This document shows positions 29,915 through 40,102 of a DNA stretch of 64,000 bases, one piece after another. Position numbers and translations under genes: made by a program. Position 1 is the stretch's first letter. Every line of letters begins with the position of its first letter. The notes below the pieces were generated by a model. That model was given only the letters and a program-made list of their open reading frames with translations. It ran no database searches and was not told the DNA's origin. Source of the DNA: Planctomycetota bacterium (GTDB taxonomy: Bacteria > Planctomycetota > PLA2 > JAEUHO01); NCBI GenBank assembly GCA_965223505.1, contig CBDCWP010000013.1, forward strand, positions 64,001 through 128,000, in the 5' to 3' direction.

Positions 29915-30577
29915 ATGGCGACGACCGCAAACGTGCTGCCCCTGCACTGGACTGCAGCGGATTTGCATCTTCATTTGGGTGAGATTCCGTTACAACGCAT
30001 TCGCCTCCATCCGCCGCCGGGCGCGGCGACGCTCGCCGATGTCTTGAGCGTGCAGGCGGAAGAGGATCGATTGTGCGAATTGGTTGACGGCGTCTTGGTG
30101 GAAAAGACAGTGGGCTATTATGAATCCCGATTGGCGTTGGTAATCGGCTACTTCCTCGAAGCCTTTTTGGCCCAACACGATTTAGGCATTGTCCTCGGCG
30201 CCGATGGTATGCTGCAGTTACTGCGCGATCAGGTGCGCATTCCGGATGTGTCGTTTCTCTCCTGGGCAAATTTTCCCGACCGCGAGTTGCCCTCCGAGCC
30301 CATTCCCCAACTCGTTCCCGATCTCGCCGTGGAGGTCTTATCCGCCAGCAACACGGCGTCAGAGATGCAGCGCAAGTTACAAGAATACTTCGCCGCTGGC
30401 GTGCGGCTCGTCTGGTATGTCGAGCCCGAGTCGCAGCGCATAACCGTCTACACTGCGCCGGAGCAATGGCGCGAACTCGGGATCGATGATGCGCTTGATG
30501 GCGGAGAGGTGCTGCCCGGTTTTCAATTACCCATTCGCGACTTGTTCGACCGCGCCGGTCGACGATCAGGAGCTTAA
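29915..30577 (+). CDS. Uma2 family putative endonuclease
   Basis: ELVDG, RIPDVSF, PDLAVEVLS, YFAAGVRLVW, LPGF. Confidence 0.92.
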   Translation: MATTANVLPLHWTAADLHLHLGEIPLQRIRLHPPPGAATLADVLSVQAEEDRLCELVDGVLVEKTVGYYESRLALVIGYFLEAFLAQHDLGIVLGADGMLQLLRDQVRIPDVSFLSWANFPDRELPSEPIPQLVPDLAVEVLSASNTASEMQRKLQEYFAAGVRLVWYVEPESQRITVYTAPEQWRELGIDDALDGGEVLPGFQLPIRDLFDRAGRRSGA

Positions 30578-30613
30578 ACCTTCATGAAAATCAACGGCGA
30601 CGGATAAGGTTGA

Positions 30614-33600
30614 TTACAGTCTAAGGTCTACAGCCGAAGAGGCCGGTAAGAGATCGGCGATCGCTTGCTCCAGGTCGCCAATCTGAATGGGTTTGATGAG
30701 ATGAATGGCAAAACCGGCATGACGCGAGCGAGCCAAATCTCCCTCCATACCGTAGCCGCTGAGCGCGATGCCGGTTAAACCAGGCTGAGCCTGGCTCAGC
30801 TCAGCCATCAAGGTGTAGCCGTCACCGTCGGGTAAACCGATATCCGAGATGACGAGATCAAACCGCTTCTGGCTGGCAAAAGCTTGCGCTTCTGCGCAAG
30901 AAGAGGCTGCAGTCACCTCGTAGTGGCGTCGGGTTAGTAACCGCGTCAGCGTTTTACGCGTTGGCTGGTGATCTTCAATGAGTAAAATGCGTCCAAGCTG
31001 CTCGCTGCTTCCAGCCGCTGCTGCCCTAGATGGGGCGGTCGTTTGAGCGACGGTAGGTTCACCCGTTTGATGAGACACAACCGTGCGCAACAACGGGAAG
31101 GTGATCGCAAATGTGGCGCCCTGGCCCTGGCCAGCGCTTGAAGCGCTAATGTGTCCGTCGTGCAGCTCAACTAGCGTACGCGCAATGGCCAGCCCTAGGC
31201 CCACGCCGCCAAAGCGGTGCGGGTCTCCCCTTAGCGCGTGATCGCCCTGGGAGAACGCGCTAAACACACGCTCGATCTCCTCAGGTGAGAGACCAATACC
31301 CGTATCAACAACGTCTACGTTGAGCGTATGGCTATCTGCGCATGAATGCGTTGTAATGTTGATTTGTCCTCCCAAAGGCGTAAACTTCACTGCGTTATTC
31401 AAAATATTCCAGAATATCTGCCTGAGCCGAATGGCGTCACCTAATACAATATATTTTTCAGCTTTGAATTGCAGTGAGAGCGTAAGCTGCTTTTGCTCTA
31501 ACTCAGCTTGCACGGTCGCGACCGCGTCTTTCAACACGGTGTGAACATCGATAGGGTGCAAACTGAGAACTAGTTTTCCTCGCGTAATGCGTGTGAGGTC
31601 AAGTAAGTCATCAATGAGCCTCGCCTCCAGAGCGACATTTTGAGCAATCGTCTCAAAATCCGCCCGCACCTCTGAGGGTAGGCGGGGATTTTTCATGGCT
31701 TCGCTGGCTAATAAGAGCACGGGGTTTAAAGGGGTGCGCAATTCATGCGATAAGGCGGCGAGAAAATCATCCTTGGCGCGCGAAGCGGCTAGCGCCTCGT
31801 CGCGGGCGCGTTCCACCTCCTGCTCGGCAAGCCTGCGGTCCGTGATATCGAGAACCACGCCGAGCATGCGCATGGGCTTCCCATCAGCAGCGTAGTCGGC
31901 GCGACCGCGGTTGGCCATCCAGCGCACCGAGCCATCTGGCCGCACGATGCGAAACTCGCTACTGTATAGGGTCTGATTCGCCAATGCCGTATCGAGCGCA
32001 TTCCAGACTAAATCCGCGTCTTCGGGGTGTAAAAATTGAACAAATGCCTCCAACGTGCCGTCAAACGTTTCCGTGCCGAAAAGCCCATATATTTCTGGCG
32101 ACCAGTAGACGGCTCCGGTGTCCAACTCCCAAGTCCAAACCCCCATGTCCGCTCCGGCAAGAGCGAGTTTTAGGCGCTCTTCACTCTCGCGCAACGCCGC
32201 CTCCGCACGTTTTCGCAGACTGATGTCTGCAATGATGGCGACAAATCCGATGACATCTCCGTCCGGTCCCCATTCGGGCTCATACACCTCGTTCATCCAG
32301 CATAACCCGAGTTGCTCATACGGCAGTTCGACTTCAAATTCGACGCGTTGTCCCGCCAAAACCGTTTCCATATGAGGTTGAAGCAACGCATACGCTTCGG
32401 CGCCCACAATGTCGGCGACATGGCGCCCAATGACCTGCTGCGGCTCCAGCCCGAAGCGTTGCGCGTATGGGCGGTTGACAAATTTGAAATGATGAGATCG
32501 GTCGCATTGTAAAAGGAAGACGGACGTATGGTCGGTCACCAGCCGCAACTGCGCCTCGCTAACCTGTAAAGCCGATTCGGCTTCGAGTTGCTCGGTGATG
32601 TCGGTATTGGTGCCAAACCACTGGGCGACGCGACCCTGTTCATCGTGGATTGGAAACGCGCGAGAGAGAAACCAGCGGTAGTTGCCGTCGCGGCCGCGCA
32701 ACGGAAACGTGTCTTCCCACACTTCCCCCGTTTGAAAGCAGCGGCTGATCTTCGCCACAACACGGTCGACGTGGTCCGGGTGATGCACGGCGCGCCATCC
32801 CCAGCCCTGCATCTCGTTCAGAGTCGCGCCGGTATAATCGAACCAGCGCTGGTTATACCAGAAGATCCAACCCGAGGCGTCAGCCGTCCAGGCAAGTTGA
32901 GCAATGTTATTGGCCAGCGTGCGGAAACGCGTTTCACTCTCCAACAAAGCCTCTTCGACCAAGCGTCGATCGTGAATGTCGATGACAGATGAGATAAAGC
33001 CAACACATGACCCGAAGGCATCAAACCGCGGCGCCCTGGAGTCGAGAACCCAGCGATAAGAGCCATCGTGGCGACGCAATCGGTATTCGAGCCGGCAGGG
33101 CGTAAGGTCTTTACTGGCTTGATGAAGGGCGGCGCGCAACGCCTCCCGATCGTCGGGATGCACCACGTCGAGCCAAGCAAAGTCCAAAGCCGTTTCAGGC
33201 CTTTGCCCCGTAAACTCGTACCAACTGCGATTAAAATAGGCGCAGCGGGCGTCGAGAAGCGCCAACCGCAACATGACGGACGCATGATCAGCCATATGGC
33301 GAAAGTGTTCTTCGCTTTCACGAATCTGATTCTCGGCCTCTTTAGTGGCGGTCACATCCCGCGAAATAGCTAAAAGCTTGATCGCCCGTCCCCTGTCATC
33401 GGTGATGGCTGTGACCTGCACATCCCACCATTTTGGCGTTCCCTTATAGGTGGGACAAAAAGCCTGGAACCGTCCGGCGTCGCCGAGCCTAGCGCGCGCG
33501 ATGGCCGCTTCGGCATCCTGCAGCGCCTCTGCCGGCCAACTATGGGGCCACGATTGCCCCGTGAGAGAGATGCAATCTTCAACCTCCATCAGCCTGCAAC

Positions 33601-34270
33601 CTGTTGAATTCATATAGAGCAAACGCCCATCGACATCCAGCATTTGGATGCAATCGCCACTACTGGCTAACAAGCTGTGGTTCAGATACTGTTCCGCCTC
33701 TATAACTGTTTTCTGTTGTTCAATCTCCTTTTGCATTGCAATCTCGCGGGTCAAGATATCGGCGAGGTCCGTCAATCCTGTCACCTCTTTACTCGACCAC
33801 AGGCGCGGCTGATGATCAATGGCGCACAGAACTCCGAGCGCTAACCCCTCCGACGTCCGCAATGGAACGCCTAGGTAAGACACAACGCCTAAATCAGTCA
33901 ACGTCGATGCCTGTTCCAAGAGCGGGTGTCGAGAGGCGTCCTCAATTTGTAGCGAGGTGTTGTTCGACACGACCTGCCGACAGAAAACGCGCGCCAGCGG
34001 CGTTTCTCGGCAAGCGTCCCAGGGCTCGGGCAACCCGCAGGCGCTCTTGAAGACCTGTCGCGTTTGATCCACGATCGAAATGATTGCAACGGGAACTTGG
34101 AGCAATCGGCAGGCCAAAGAGGTGATGCGATCAAACGACGCTTCTGGCAGGGCATCCAGTAAGCCCATGCAATGCAACGCGTCCAGGCGAGCCAGATCAG
34201 TACGATGCGCCGTCTTATCCGGCGACCCGGTCGAACAAACGGGCCTGTCTGTGGGCAACACGTGGGGCAT
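30614..34270 (-). CDS. Hybrid sensor histidine kinase: GAF, ~5 PAS/PAC, HisKA, HATPase, receiver
   Basis: FDRITSLA GAF; repeated HPDD/YRW PAS-PAC motifs; LSHELRTPL, NILNNAVKFT, GLGLAI; DLVISDIGLPDGDG...KP. Confidence 0.95.
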   Translation of the reverse strand: MPHVLPTDRPVCSTGSPDKTAHRTDLARLDALHCMGLLDALPEASFDRITSLACRLLQVPVAIISIVDQTRQVFKSACGLPEPWDACRETPLARVFCRQVVSNNTSLQIEDASRHPLLEQASTLTDLGVVSYLGVPLRTSEGLALGVLCAIDHQPRLWSSKEVTGLTDLADILTREIAMQKEIEQQKTVIEAEQYLNHSLLASSGDCIQMLDVDGRLLYMNSTGCRLMEVEDCISLTGQSWPHSWPAEALQDAEAAIARARLGDAGRFQAFCPTYKGTPKWWDVQVTAITDDRGRAIKLLAISRDVTATKEAENQIRESEEHFRHMADHASVMLRLALLDARCAYFNRSWYEFTGQRPETALDFAWLDVVHPDDREALRAALHQASKDLTPCRLEYRLRRHDGSYRWVLDSRAPRFDAFGSCVGFISSVIDIHDRRLVEEALLESETRFRTLANNIAQLAWTADASGWIFWYNQRWFDYTGATLNEMQGWGWRAVHHPDHVDRVVAKISRCFQTGEVWEDTFPLRGRDGNYRWFLSRAFPIHDEQGRVAQWFGTNTDITEQLEAESALQVSEAQLRLVTDHTSVFLLQCDRSHHFKFVNRPYAQRFGLEPQQVIGRHVADIVGAEAYALLQPHMETVLAGQRVEFEVELPYEQLGLCWMNEVYEPEWGPDGDVIGFVAIIADISLRKRAEAALRESEERLKLALAGADMGVWTWELDTGAVYWSPEIYGLFGTETFDGTLEAFVQFLHPEDADLVWNALDTALANQTLYSSEFRIVRPDGSVRWMANRGRADYAADGKPMRMLGVVLDITDRRLAEQEVERARDEALAASRAKDDFLAALSHELRTPLNPVLLLASEAMKNPRLPSEVRADFETIAQNVALEARLIDDLLDLTRITRGKLVLSLHPIDVHTVLKDAVATVQAELEQKQLTLSLQFKAEKYIVLGDAIRLRQIFWNILNNAVKFTPLGGQINITTHSCADSHTLNVDVVDTGIGLSPEEIERVFSAFSQGDHALRGDPHRFGGVGLGLAIARTLVELHDGHISASSAGQGQGATFAITFPLLRTVVSHQTGEPTVAQTTAPSRAAAAGSSEQLGRILLIEDHQPTRKTLTRLLTRRHYEVTAASSCAEAQAFASQKRFDLVISDIGLPDGDGYTLMAELSQAQPGLTGIALSGYGMEGDLARSRHAGFAIHLIKPIQIGDLEQAIADLLPASSAVDLRL

Positions 34271-34508
34271 CTCCCCGATGGCGAAGTGAGGTCGTCCGAA
34301 AATTTTTTGACACCCATGCAGATGTTAAATATTAAGAACACAAAATAATGCTCAAATGCGCCATTTTTGTCAAGCTTTGAACAAAAACGATCGCGGAGCG
34401 CTATACTATCTTTACACCCCGACAACCCTCCCCTACAATGCCCCGACACCTTTTATCTTATCCGACTATCCGATTGTCCGATTCCGACCTCAGGAGCCGC
34501 CATACCCC

Positions 34509-35666
34509 ATGAAAATTACCCAACTCGAAACGTACTTCCTCCGGTGCCCGCTGCCGCAGCCGGTGTACACCTCGACCAACGCCATCAGCCAGGTGAGCGA
34601 GGTCATCGTCAAGCTCTCCACCGACGCCGGCCTCGTTGGCGTCGGCGAGGCGCACGGCCCGTTTTTGTTTCAGCAAGGGCCCGAGGGCCTGAACGCCGTC
34701 AGCCATATTCTGCAGCAACTCACGCCGCTGGTGGTGGGCGAGGATCCGTTCAACATCGAACGCATCTGGCAGGACATCTTCGCGCTTACCTATAAATCCG
34801 TGCGCGGCGTCCCGCCCATGGCGCGGCAGCAGCGGCAGCTCATCACCGCCCTGAGCGCCATCGACATTGCCCTGTGGGATCTGATGGGCAAGGCGGTGGA
34901 GCGGCCGGTGTACGCCCTGCTTGGCGGCGCCTTGCGGCAGCGACTGCCGGCCTATGTGACGGGCTTTTACTACCGCGACAACGAGACCCCGGATGACTTG
35001 CGCCGCGAGGCGGATATGTATCTCGAACATGGCTACCGCACCCTGAAGGCCAAGGTCGGGCGCCTGTCGCCGGAGGAGGACGCCAAGCGCGTGGGGGTCA
35101 TTCGCGACGCCGCTGGCGCAGACGTCGACCTCATGCTCGACGCCAATCAGGGCTGGGATCTGCCCACGGCCGTGCGCGCTGCGCAACTGATGGAGCCCCT
35201 CGGCATTTTCTGGCTCGAAGACCCGATGCCGTGGTTCGACGAGCGTTACACGCTGCAGCGCCTCAAAGCCGCCACCAGCATTCCCATCGCCGCCGGGGAA
35301 ACGGAGTACTCGCCCTTTGGCCTGCGCCACATAATGTCCGAGGGTCTGGTGGATTATCTCATCATCGACGGCACCTGGGCTGGCGGCCTCACCACTTGGC
35401 GCAAAGCCGCGGTGATGGCTGAAATGTACCAAATTCCCATGGCCGCGCACCACGATCCGCAAATTCACGTGCACGCCCAGGCCGCCAGCCCGACCGGCTT
35501 TATTCTGGAGTCGTTCGCCGACCCGACGCGCGATCCGCTGTGGTTCGATCTGTTCAGCGAGCGGCCAGCCATTGTCGACGGCTACATGAATCTGCCCGAG
35601 GCCCCTGGCCTGGGCATCGAACTGCGTGACGAGGCGCTAGAGAAATACGGCGTCAAGCTCACCTGA
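34509..35666 (+). CDS. Mandelate racemase/muconate lactonizing enzyme family (enolase superfamily)
   Basis: SAIDIALWDLMGK, KAK, DAN, WLEDP, AAGE, PGLGIE. Confidence 0.93.
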   Translation: MKITQLETYFLRCPLPQPVYTSTNAISQVSEVIVKLSTDAGLVGVGEAHGPFLFQQGPEGLNAVSHILQQLTPLVVGEDPFNIERIWQDIFALTYKSVRGVPPMARQQRQLITALSAIDIALWDLMGKAVERPVYALLGGALRQRLPAYVTGFYYRDNETPDDLRREADMYLEHGYRTLKAKVGRLSPEEDAKRVGVIRDAAGADVDLMLDANQGWDLPTAVRAAQLMEPLGIFWLEDPMPWFDERYTLQRLKAATSIPIAAGETEYSPFGLRHIMSEGLVDYLIIDGTWAGGLTTWRKAAVMAEMYQIPMAAHHDPQIHVHAQAASPTGFILESFADPTRDPLWFDLFSERPAIVDGYMNLPEAPGLGIELRDEALEKYGVKLT

Positions 35667-35706
35667 GGCGCTTGCAACCTACCGACGCGGAATTGGAGAC
35701 CACGCG

Positions 35707-36165
35707 ATGGAAGCCACGGCGATTTCCCACATTGCCATTTGCACCCGAGATATGGACAAAGCGCTCGCCTTTTACCGGGATATCTTGGGGATGCAAGTCA
35801 TCTTCGACGGTCAGACCAGCCCCAAGGAGGGCGGGCGGCCGCACAATTACGAACGCAGCCGCCGGAGCCGCCGGCGGGTCAGTTTGCGCTTTGCGAAAGG
35901 CGCCAAACCCACCCTGACCATTACCAGCCACCCTGGGGAAGAAATCACCGGGGAACCGCTCAAGTTGGATCAGATGGGCGTAACGCATTTTTCCTTTACT
36001 GTACCCAATGTGGAGGCCTTGATGGATGAGTTGTTAGCCAAAGGCGTGCAACTCGCAGGCCCCAGGGAAGCCTTTACCAACGCAGAGGGCCGCGTCCGCT
36101 CGTTCTATGTCTACGACCCGGACGGCATGATTATCCAGTTCGACAGTGGCCTCGACGAGGGCTAA
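35707..36165 (+). CDS. VOC/glyoxalase family protein
   Basis: ISHIAICTRDMDKALAFYRDILG, THFSFTV, YDPDG. Confidence 0.9.
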   Translation: MEATAISHIAICTRDMDKALAFYRDILGMQVIFDGQTSPKEGGRPHNYERSRRSRRRVSLRFAKGAKPTLTITSHPGEEITGEPLKLDQMGVTHFSFTVPNVEALMDELLAKGVQLAGPREAFTNAEGRVRSFYVYDPDGMIIQFDSGLDEG

Positions 36166-36191
36166 ATAGCGACATTTGATAGGAGACCAAC

Positions 36192-36812
36192 ATGGAATTA
36201 TTCGACGTTATGTACAACTGCAGGGCTATGCGCCGGCTCAAACCCGATCCGGTGCCCGAAGAGACGCTGGTGAAACTCATCGACGCGGCGAACCAGGCGC
36301 CGAGCGGCTCCAACCGCCAGGGCGCGCGTTGGCTCATCGTGCGCGACGCCGAGCAAAAGGCGAAATTGGCGGAACTCAATCGCATCGCCGTCGAGGCATA
36401 CGCCTCGCCCTCGTCGGGACGCCCCACGTCGCTGCCGCACCAGTCGGACGAAAAACGCGCCCGCATGTTGAACGCCGTGCTCTGGCAGGCCGAGCATCTG
36501 GCTGAGATCCCCGCGCTCGTTATCGCGTGCCATCAGTTCGACGCCCCGGTGGACGACCTGGGCCGCGCCCGCGCTGGGGGGTCGGTGTGGCCGGGGGTGC
36601 AAAATCTGCTGCTCGCGGCCCGCGCCCTGGGCCTTGGCGCCGCCCCGACGACGCTCGGCTTGTCGAACCGCGAGGCCGCCAAAGCGGTGCTGGGGTTGCC
36701 CGATAACATGGAAGCCATTTGTTTGATTCCCGTCGGCTACCCGATGGGGAATTTCGGGCCGGTGACCCGCTTGCCGGTGGCCGAGACAATGCGCTGGGAT
36801 CGCTGGTCATAA
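36192..36812 (+). CDS. Nitroreductase family protein
   Basis: RAMRRLKPDPVP, APSGSNRQ, QNLLLAARALGLG, IPVGYP. Confidence 0.92.
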   Translation: MELFDVMYNCRAMRRLKPDPVPEETLVKLIDAANQAPSGSNRQGARWLIVRDAEQKAKLAELNRIAVEAYASPSSGRPTSLPHQSDEKRARMLNAVLWQAEHLAEIPALVIACHQFDAPVDDLGRARAGGSVWPGVQNLLLAARALGLGAAPTTLGLSNREAAKAVLGLPDNMEAICLIPVGYPMGNFGPVTRLPVAETMRWDRWS

Positions 36813-36845
36813 GCAACTGAGTGAGACGCGTGAGGAGCATGTGAG

Positions 36846-38609
36846 ATGGCAGATCAACCTGTAGGGGCATGGGGCGCGGGTGTCGGCAACCCGCCGGCGA
36901 GTTGGGACTTGGAGGCCGATGTGGTGGTGATCGGCGCGGGCGCCACGGGGTTGCCCGCCGCCGTCAAGGCCGCAGATGAGGGGGCGTCGGTGATCGTGGT
37001 CGAGGCCAATTACGACATCGGCGGTCACGCCATTTTAAGCGGCGGTAACGTGCCGCTTGGCGGCGGCACCAGTGCGCAGCGCAAGTACGGCATCGAGGAC
37101 TCGGCCGAACTCGTCTTCGCCGATTTGACGGATTGGTCAGTGGTGCAACCCAACGGCTGGCCGGATTACCGCTACAACGACCGAGACGTCATGCGCGGCT
37201 TTGCCGATTATTGCGCTGAAACCTACGAATTTCTCGTGGCCAATGGCGTGGCGTTCAAAGACATCGCCCCGGACAACGTCGGCGCGCATAGCACGGGCAA
37301 CTCCGCGCCACGCGAAAATCACGCTATCTGGACAGAGGGCGTCGGCCTCGGGAGCCCGAGCAACCGCGATGGCGCTGGCTTGGTGCGCCCGTTGGAGGCG
37401 AGCGCCCGCGCCAAGGGCGTGAGATTTCTGCTGCACCATCGCATGACCCGCTTGATTAGGGCCGAACTGGATGCGGCTTCCGGCGGCCGCGTGGCCGGCA
37501 TCACGGCGGCGTATGCGCCCCGCAGCCTGCCCGGCGACGCGGCGCCCCTGCAGGGCTATCGCCACGATGGCAACATTGATAGCACCCGGCCGCAGGTCAA
37601 CATTCGCGCCGCCAAAGCCGTGATCCTTGCGACTGGCGGCAGCAGCAGCAACGTCAATTTTCGCCGCATGTTCGATCCCCGCCTAACGGACGTCTACCAG
37701 GTGGCGGGAGAGCCCTACACCTACCAGGACGCCAGTGGCGAACTGGCGGCCATGGCCATTGGGGCGTCGCTCTGGGGTCTTGGCAATCAAATACTGGAAA
37801 ATGGCGACGGCATCCGCACGCAGCGCGCCCTCGGGGCCCGCTACAACTATTTCGCCTGGGATGTGAACTCCCCCATTTTTCCGCTCGTGCGCGCCGCCGG
37901 GCTGGAAGTCTCAGACTGGCAAAACGTCATTTTGGTGAATCAATTGGGGCAGCGGTTTTTCGACGAGACCAAGGGCGATTATCCGAATGGCAATCGCTAC
38001 GATGAGATTCGCCCCTACGAGGCTGGCGACTACCGAAACCATGACCGCGTTGAGTACCAACCCAACGCCTTCAATTTCTTTAATGCCGCCGTGGCGATGA
38101 ACGCGGCGTCCGGGCCGCCGGACTACGCGGCGGGCCCCATCTGGGCCATCTTCGACGACGCCGCCGCGGCCAGGGAGCAGTGGCAGGTCGCGCCGCCTTA
38201 TGTCGATCCAGAGGGCTATTGTTTCAGCGCATCGTCGCTGGAAGAGCTGGCGGCAGCCATTCGCAATCCGTATCAGACGCAGCCCATGTCGGGGGCGGCC
38301 TTGCAGGCGACGGTGGCGCGCTACAACAGCTTTGTCGATGCCGGCGCAGACGCCGATTTCGGCAAGCCCACGCCGCGCTATAAGATCGACACGCCGCCCT
38401 TTTACGCCGCCTGGTCCACGCCGCTCGTGCACGACACGCGCTCCGGCCTGCGCATCAACGCCAAATGCCAAGTAATGGACATGCAGGGCCAGGTCATCCC
38501 CGGCCTCTACTGCGGCGGGGAATCGGCGGGCGGTTTTAACCAGCACGGCCTGGGGCGCTGCACCGCACAGGGCTATATTGCGGGCAAATACGCGGCGCTG
38601 GAGGACTAA
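36846..38609 (+). CDS. FAD-binding oxidoreductase (fumarate reductase / ketosteroid dehydrogenase flavoprotein family)
   Basis: VVVIGAGATG, AILSGG, VILATGG, VNQLGQRF, IPGLYCGGE. Confidence 0.9.
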   Translation: MADQPVGAWGAGVGNPPASWDLEADVVVIGAGATGLPAAVKAADEGASVIVVEANYDIGGHAILSGGNVPLGGGTSAQRKYGIEDSAELVFADLTDWSVVQPNGWPDYRYNDRDVMRGFADYCAETYEFLVANGVAFKDIAPDNVGAHSTGNSAPRENHAIWTEGVGLGSPSNRDGAGLVRPLEASARAKGVRFLLHHRMTRLIRAELDAASGGRVAGITAAYAPRSLPGDAAPLQGYRHDGNIDSTRPQVNIRAAKAVILATGGSSSNVNFRRMFDPRLTDVYQVAGEPYTYQDASGELAAMAIGASLWGLGNQILENGDGIRTQRALGARYNYFAWDVNSPIFPLVRAAGLEVSDWQNVILVNQLGQRFFDETKGDYPNGNRYDEIRPYEAGDYRNHDRVEYQPNAFNFFNAAVAMNAASGPPDYAAGPIWAIFDDAAAAREQWQVAPPYVDPEGYCFSASSLEELAAAIRNPYQTQPMSGAALQATVARYNSFVDAGADADFGKPTPRYKIDTPPFYAAWSTPLVHDTRSGLRINAKCQVMDMQGQVIPGLYCGGESAGGFNQHGLGRCTAQGYIAGKYAALED

Positions 38610-38803
38610 GGCGCAGCCAGTGCTAGACCCGCGCCGGCCACGACATGAGGTGATGACGCCTTGGACTTGGCGCGACGAGGCGTCTCTGTTACACCTGCGT
38701 CTTATGTCTAAGACACCTTCAGAGGCATACGAATAAGCAGACTTTTTGCACACCCTCGAATGGGGCGATCCTGACTAATCAACCCGCTTAAGCTGGTGAG
38801 TCT

Positions 38804-39901
38804 TCAGGGCAACATCTCTGTCAGTAACTCACCCGCATTCAAATCAAGGATTGCAGCGCAGTAGCGAGGTAAGAGAACATGGCAAAAACCTGCTTCTTCT
38901 TCTGGGCTTAGGGCTCCAGAACCAACAGAAAAGACCATTCTCCACCAGCCCTCGAATAAGGCCAATCGGTAGTCATTGAGGCAAGCATTGAACGAATAGC
39001 CCTCAACGCCATTTTCGACCAGTGTCTCATGATACATGTTTAGCCAGTCCATCTCATGCGCTCGGCGCACTTCCGGCCGCACACATTTACTCAAGAAATT
39101 AGCTATATCACTAACACCCCGCCCGAAAGTGATCAATTGCCAATCAACCACCATTTGCAAAAGATCACCGTTGGCCTCAGTAAAGAAAAAGATATTGGAA
39201 GCCTGGTAATCGTTGTGGCAAATCGTACGAGGCGCACTTTCCAGATAACTAAAGAATTTAACGAGCTGGCGACCCAGGTTCTCGCCAATTGCCAACATCG
39301 GTTTTGGCAGGTCTTGACTGACTCTTTCTAGAAAGGGCTCCCAGCGTTGTTGATAAACGCGCTGGATGTTTTCAAAGTCAACCGTACTGAAGCGCGGCAT
39401 CCAATCCATCTCATGCAATTGGGGACTTTCCCACCAACCGGCGTGAAACTGGGCAATTTGGCCAATAGCCAACGCCACTTCCGCTAAGGAACATTCTCCA
39501 AACTTGTAGCCATTACGACCACCCGACAAATCTTCAAGCAGCAGTACACTATGTCCGGTTTTGAGATCAATTGCACTATGGTAACAAGCGGGTGTTCGTA
39601 GCGAAATCTGGGACGCTAATTTCTCATAAAAGCGCACCTCACGTTCGTACATGTGAAGGCTGTGAAACCCAGCACGTTTCGCTGGGTTATTAGATGATAA
39701 TTTAGCGATGAGAGATGAAGGGGTATCTGTTTCATCAATATCATATGTCAAGCTCAGCCGAACGATTTGTCCAACGACGCCCTTCACTGCTTCTACACCC
39801 TCGGTATCACTTGTGATGATTCTTACCTTCGTGACGGGGCACGCCAAGGCTTCAGTAAGCCAGGAAGGCGTTAAATCTTGGATGTCGGTTGGAATCTTCA
39901 T
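38804..39901 (-). CDS. Phosphotransferase (APH/choline/ecdysteroid kinase-like)
   Basis: IAK, YEREVRFY, LLLEDL, HNDYQASN, VVDWQ; AT-richer than neighbours. Confidence 0.88.
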   Translation of the reverse strand: MKIPTDIQDLTPSWLTEALACPVTKVRIITSDTEGVEAVKGVVGQIVRLSLTYDIDETDTPSSLIAKLSSNNPAKRAGFHSLHMYEREVRFYEKLASQISLRTPACYHSAIDLKTGHSVLLLEDLSGGRNGYKFGECSLAEVALAIGQIAQFHAGWWESPQLHEMDWMPRFSTVDFENIQRVYQQRWEPFLERVSQDLPKPMLAIGENLGRQLVKFFSYLESAPRTICHNDYQASNIFFFTEANGDLLQMVVDWQLITFGRGVSDIANFLSKCVRPEVRRAHEMDWLNMYHETLVENGVEGYSFNACLNDYRLALFEGWWRMVFSVGSGALSPEEEAGFCHVLLPRYCAAILDLNAGELLTEMLP

Positions 39902-40102
39902 TGATACGCCCCTCTTGTCGCCTTAAGATGTTACTTTGGTTGTGAAACTCATGCATGTCCGATGAGAGGCCATGAACATACGGACTGCCCATCTCATCCA
40001 TCGATTGGCGATTTGGCGATTTGGATGCGGCCGAGTCGTAGTCTCACCTGAGGCGGGAGACGCCCTGACGCCAGCCCTGGAGCCGGCGCCGCGGGCGCAA
40101 AG

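Noticed and set aside
29915..30577. Uma2 gene as part of a restriction or defence system
   Set aside because: No methylase or other defence gene adjacent; Uma2 genes are commonly scattered singletons
40002..40024. Short tandem repeat CGATT(T)GG x3
   Set aside because: Too short and degenerate to support a function
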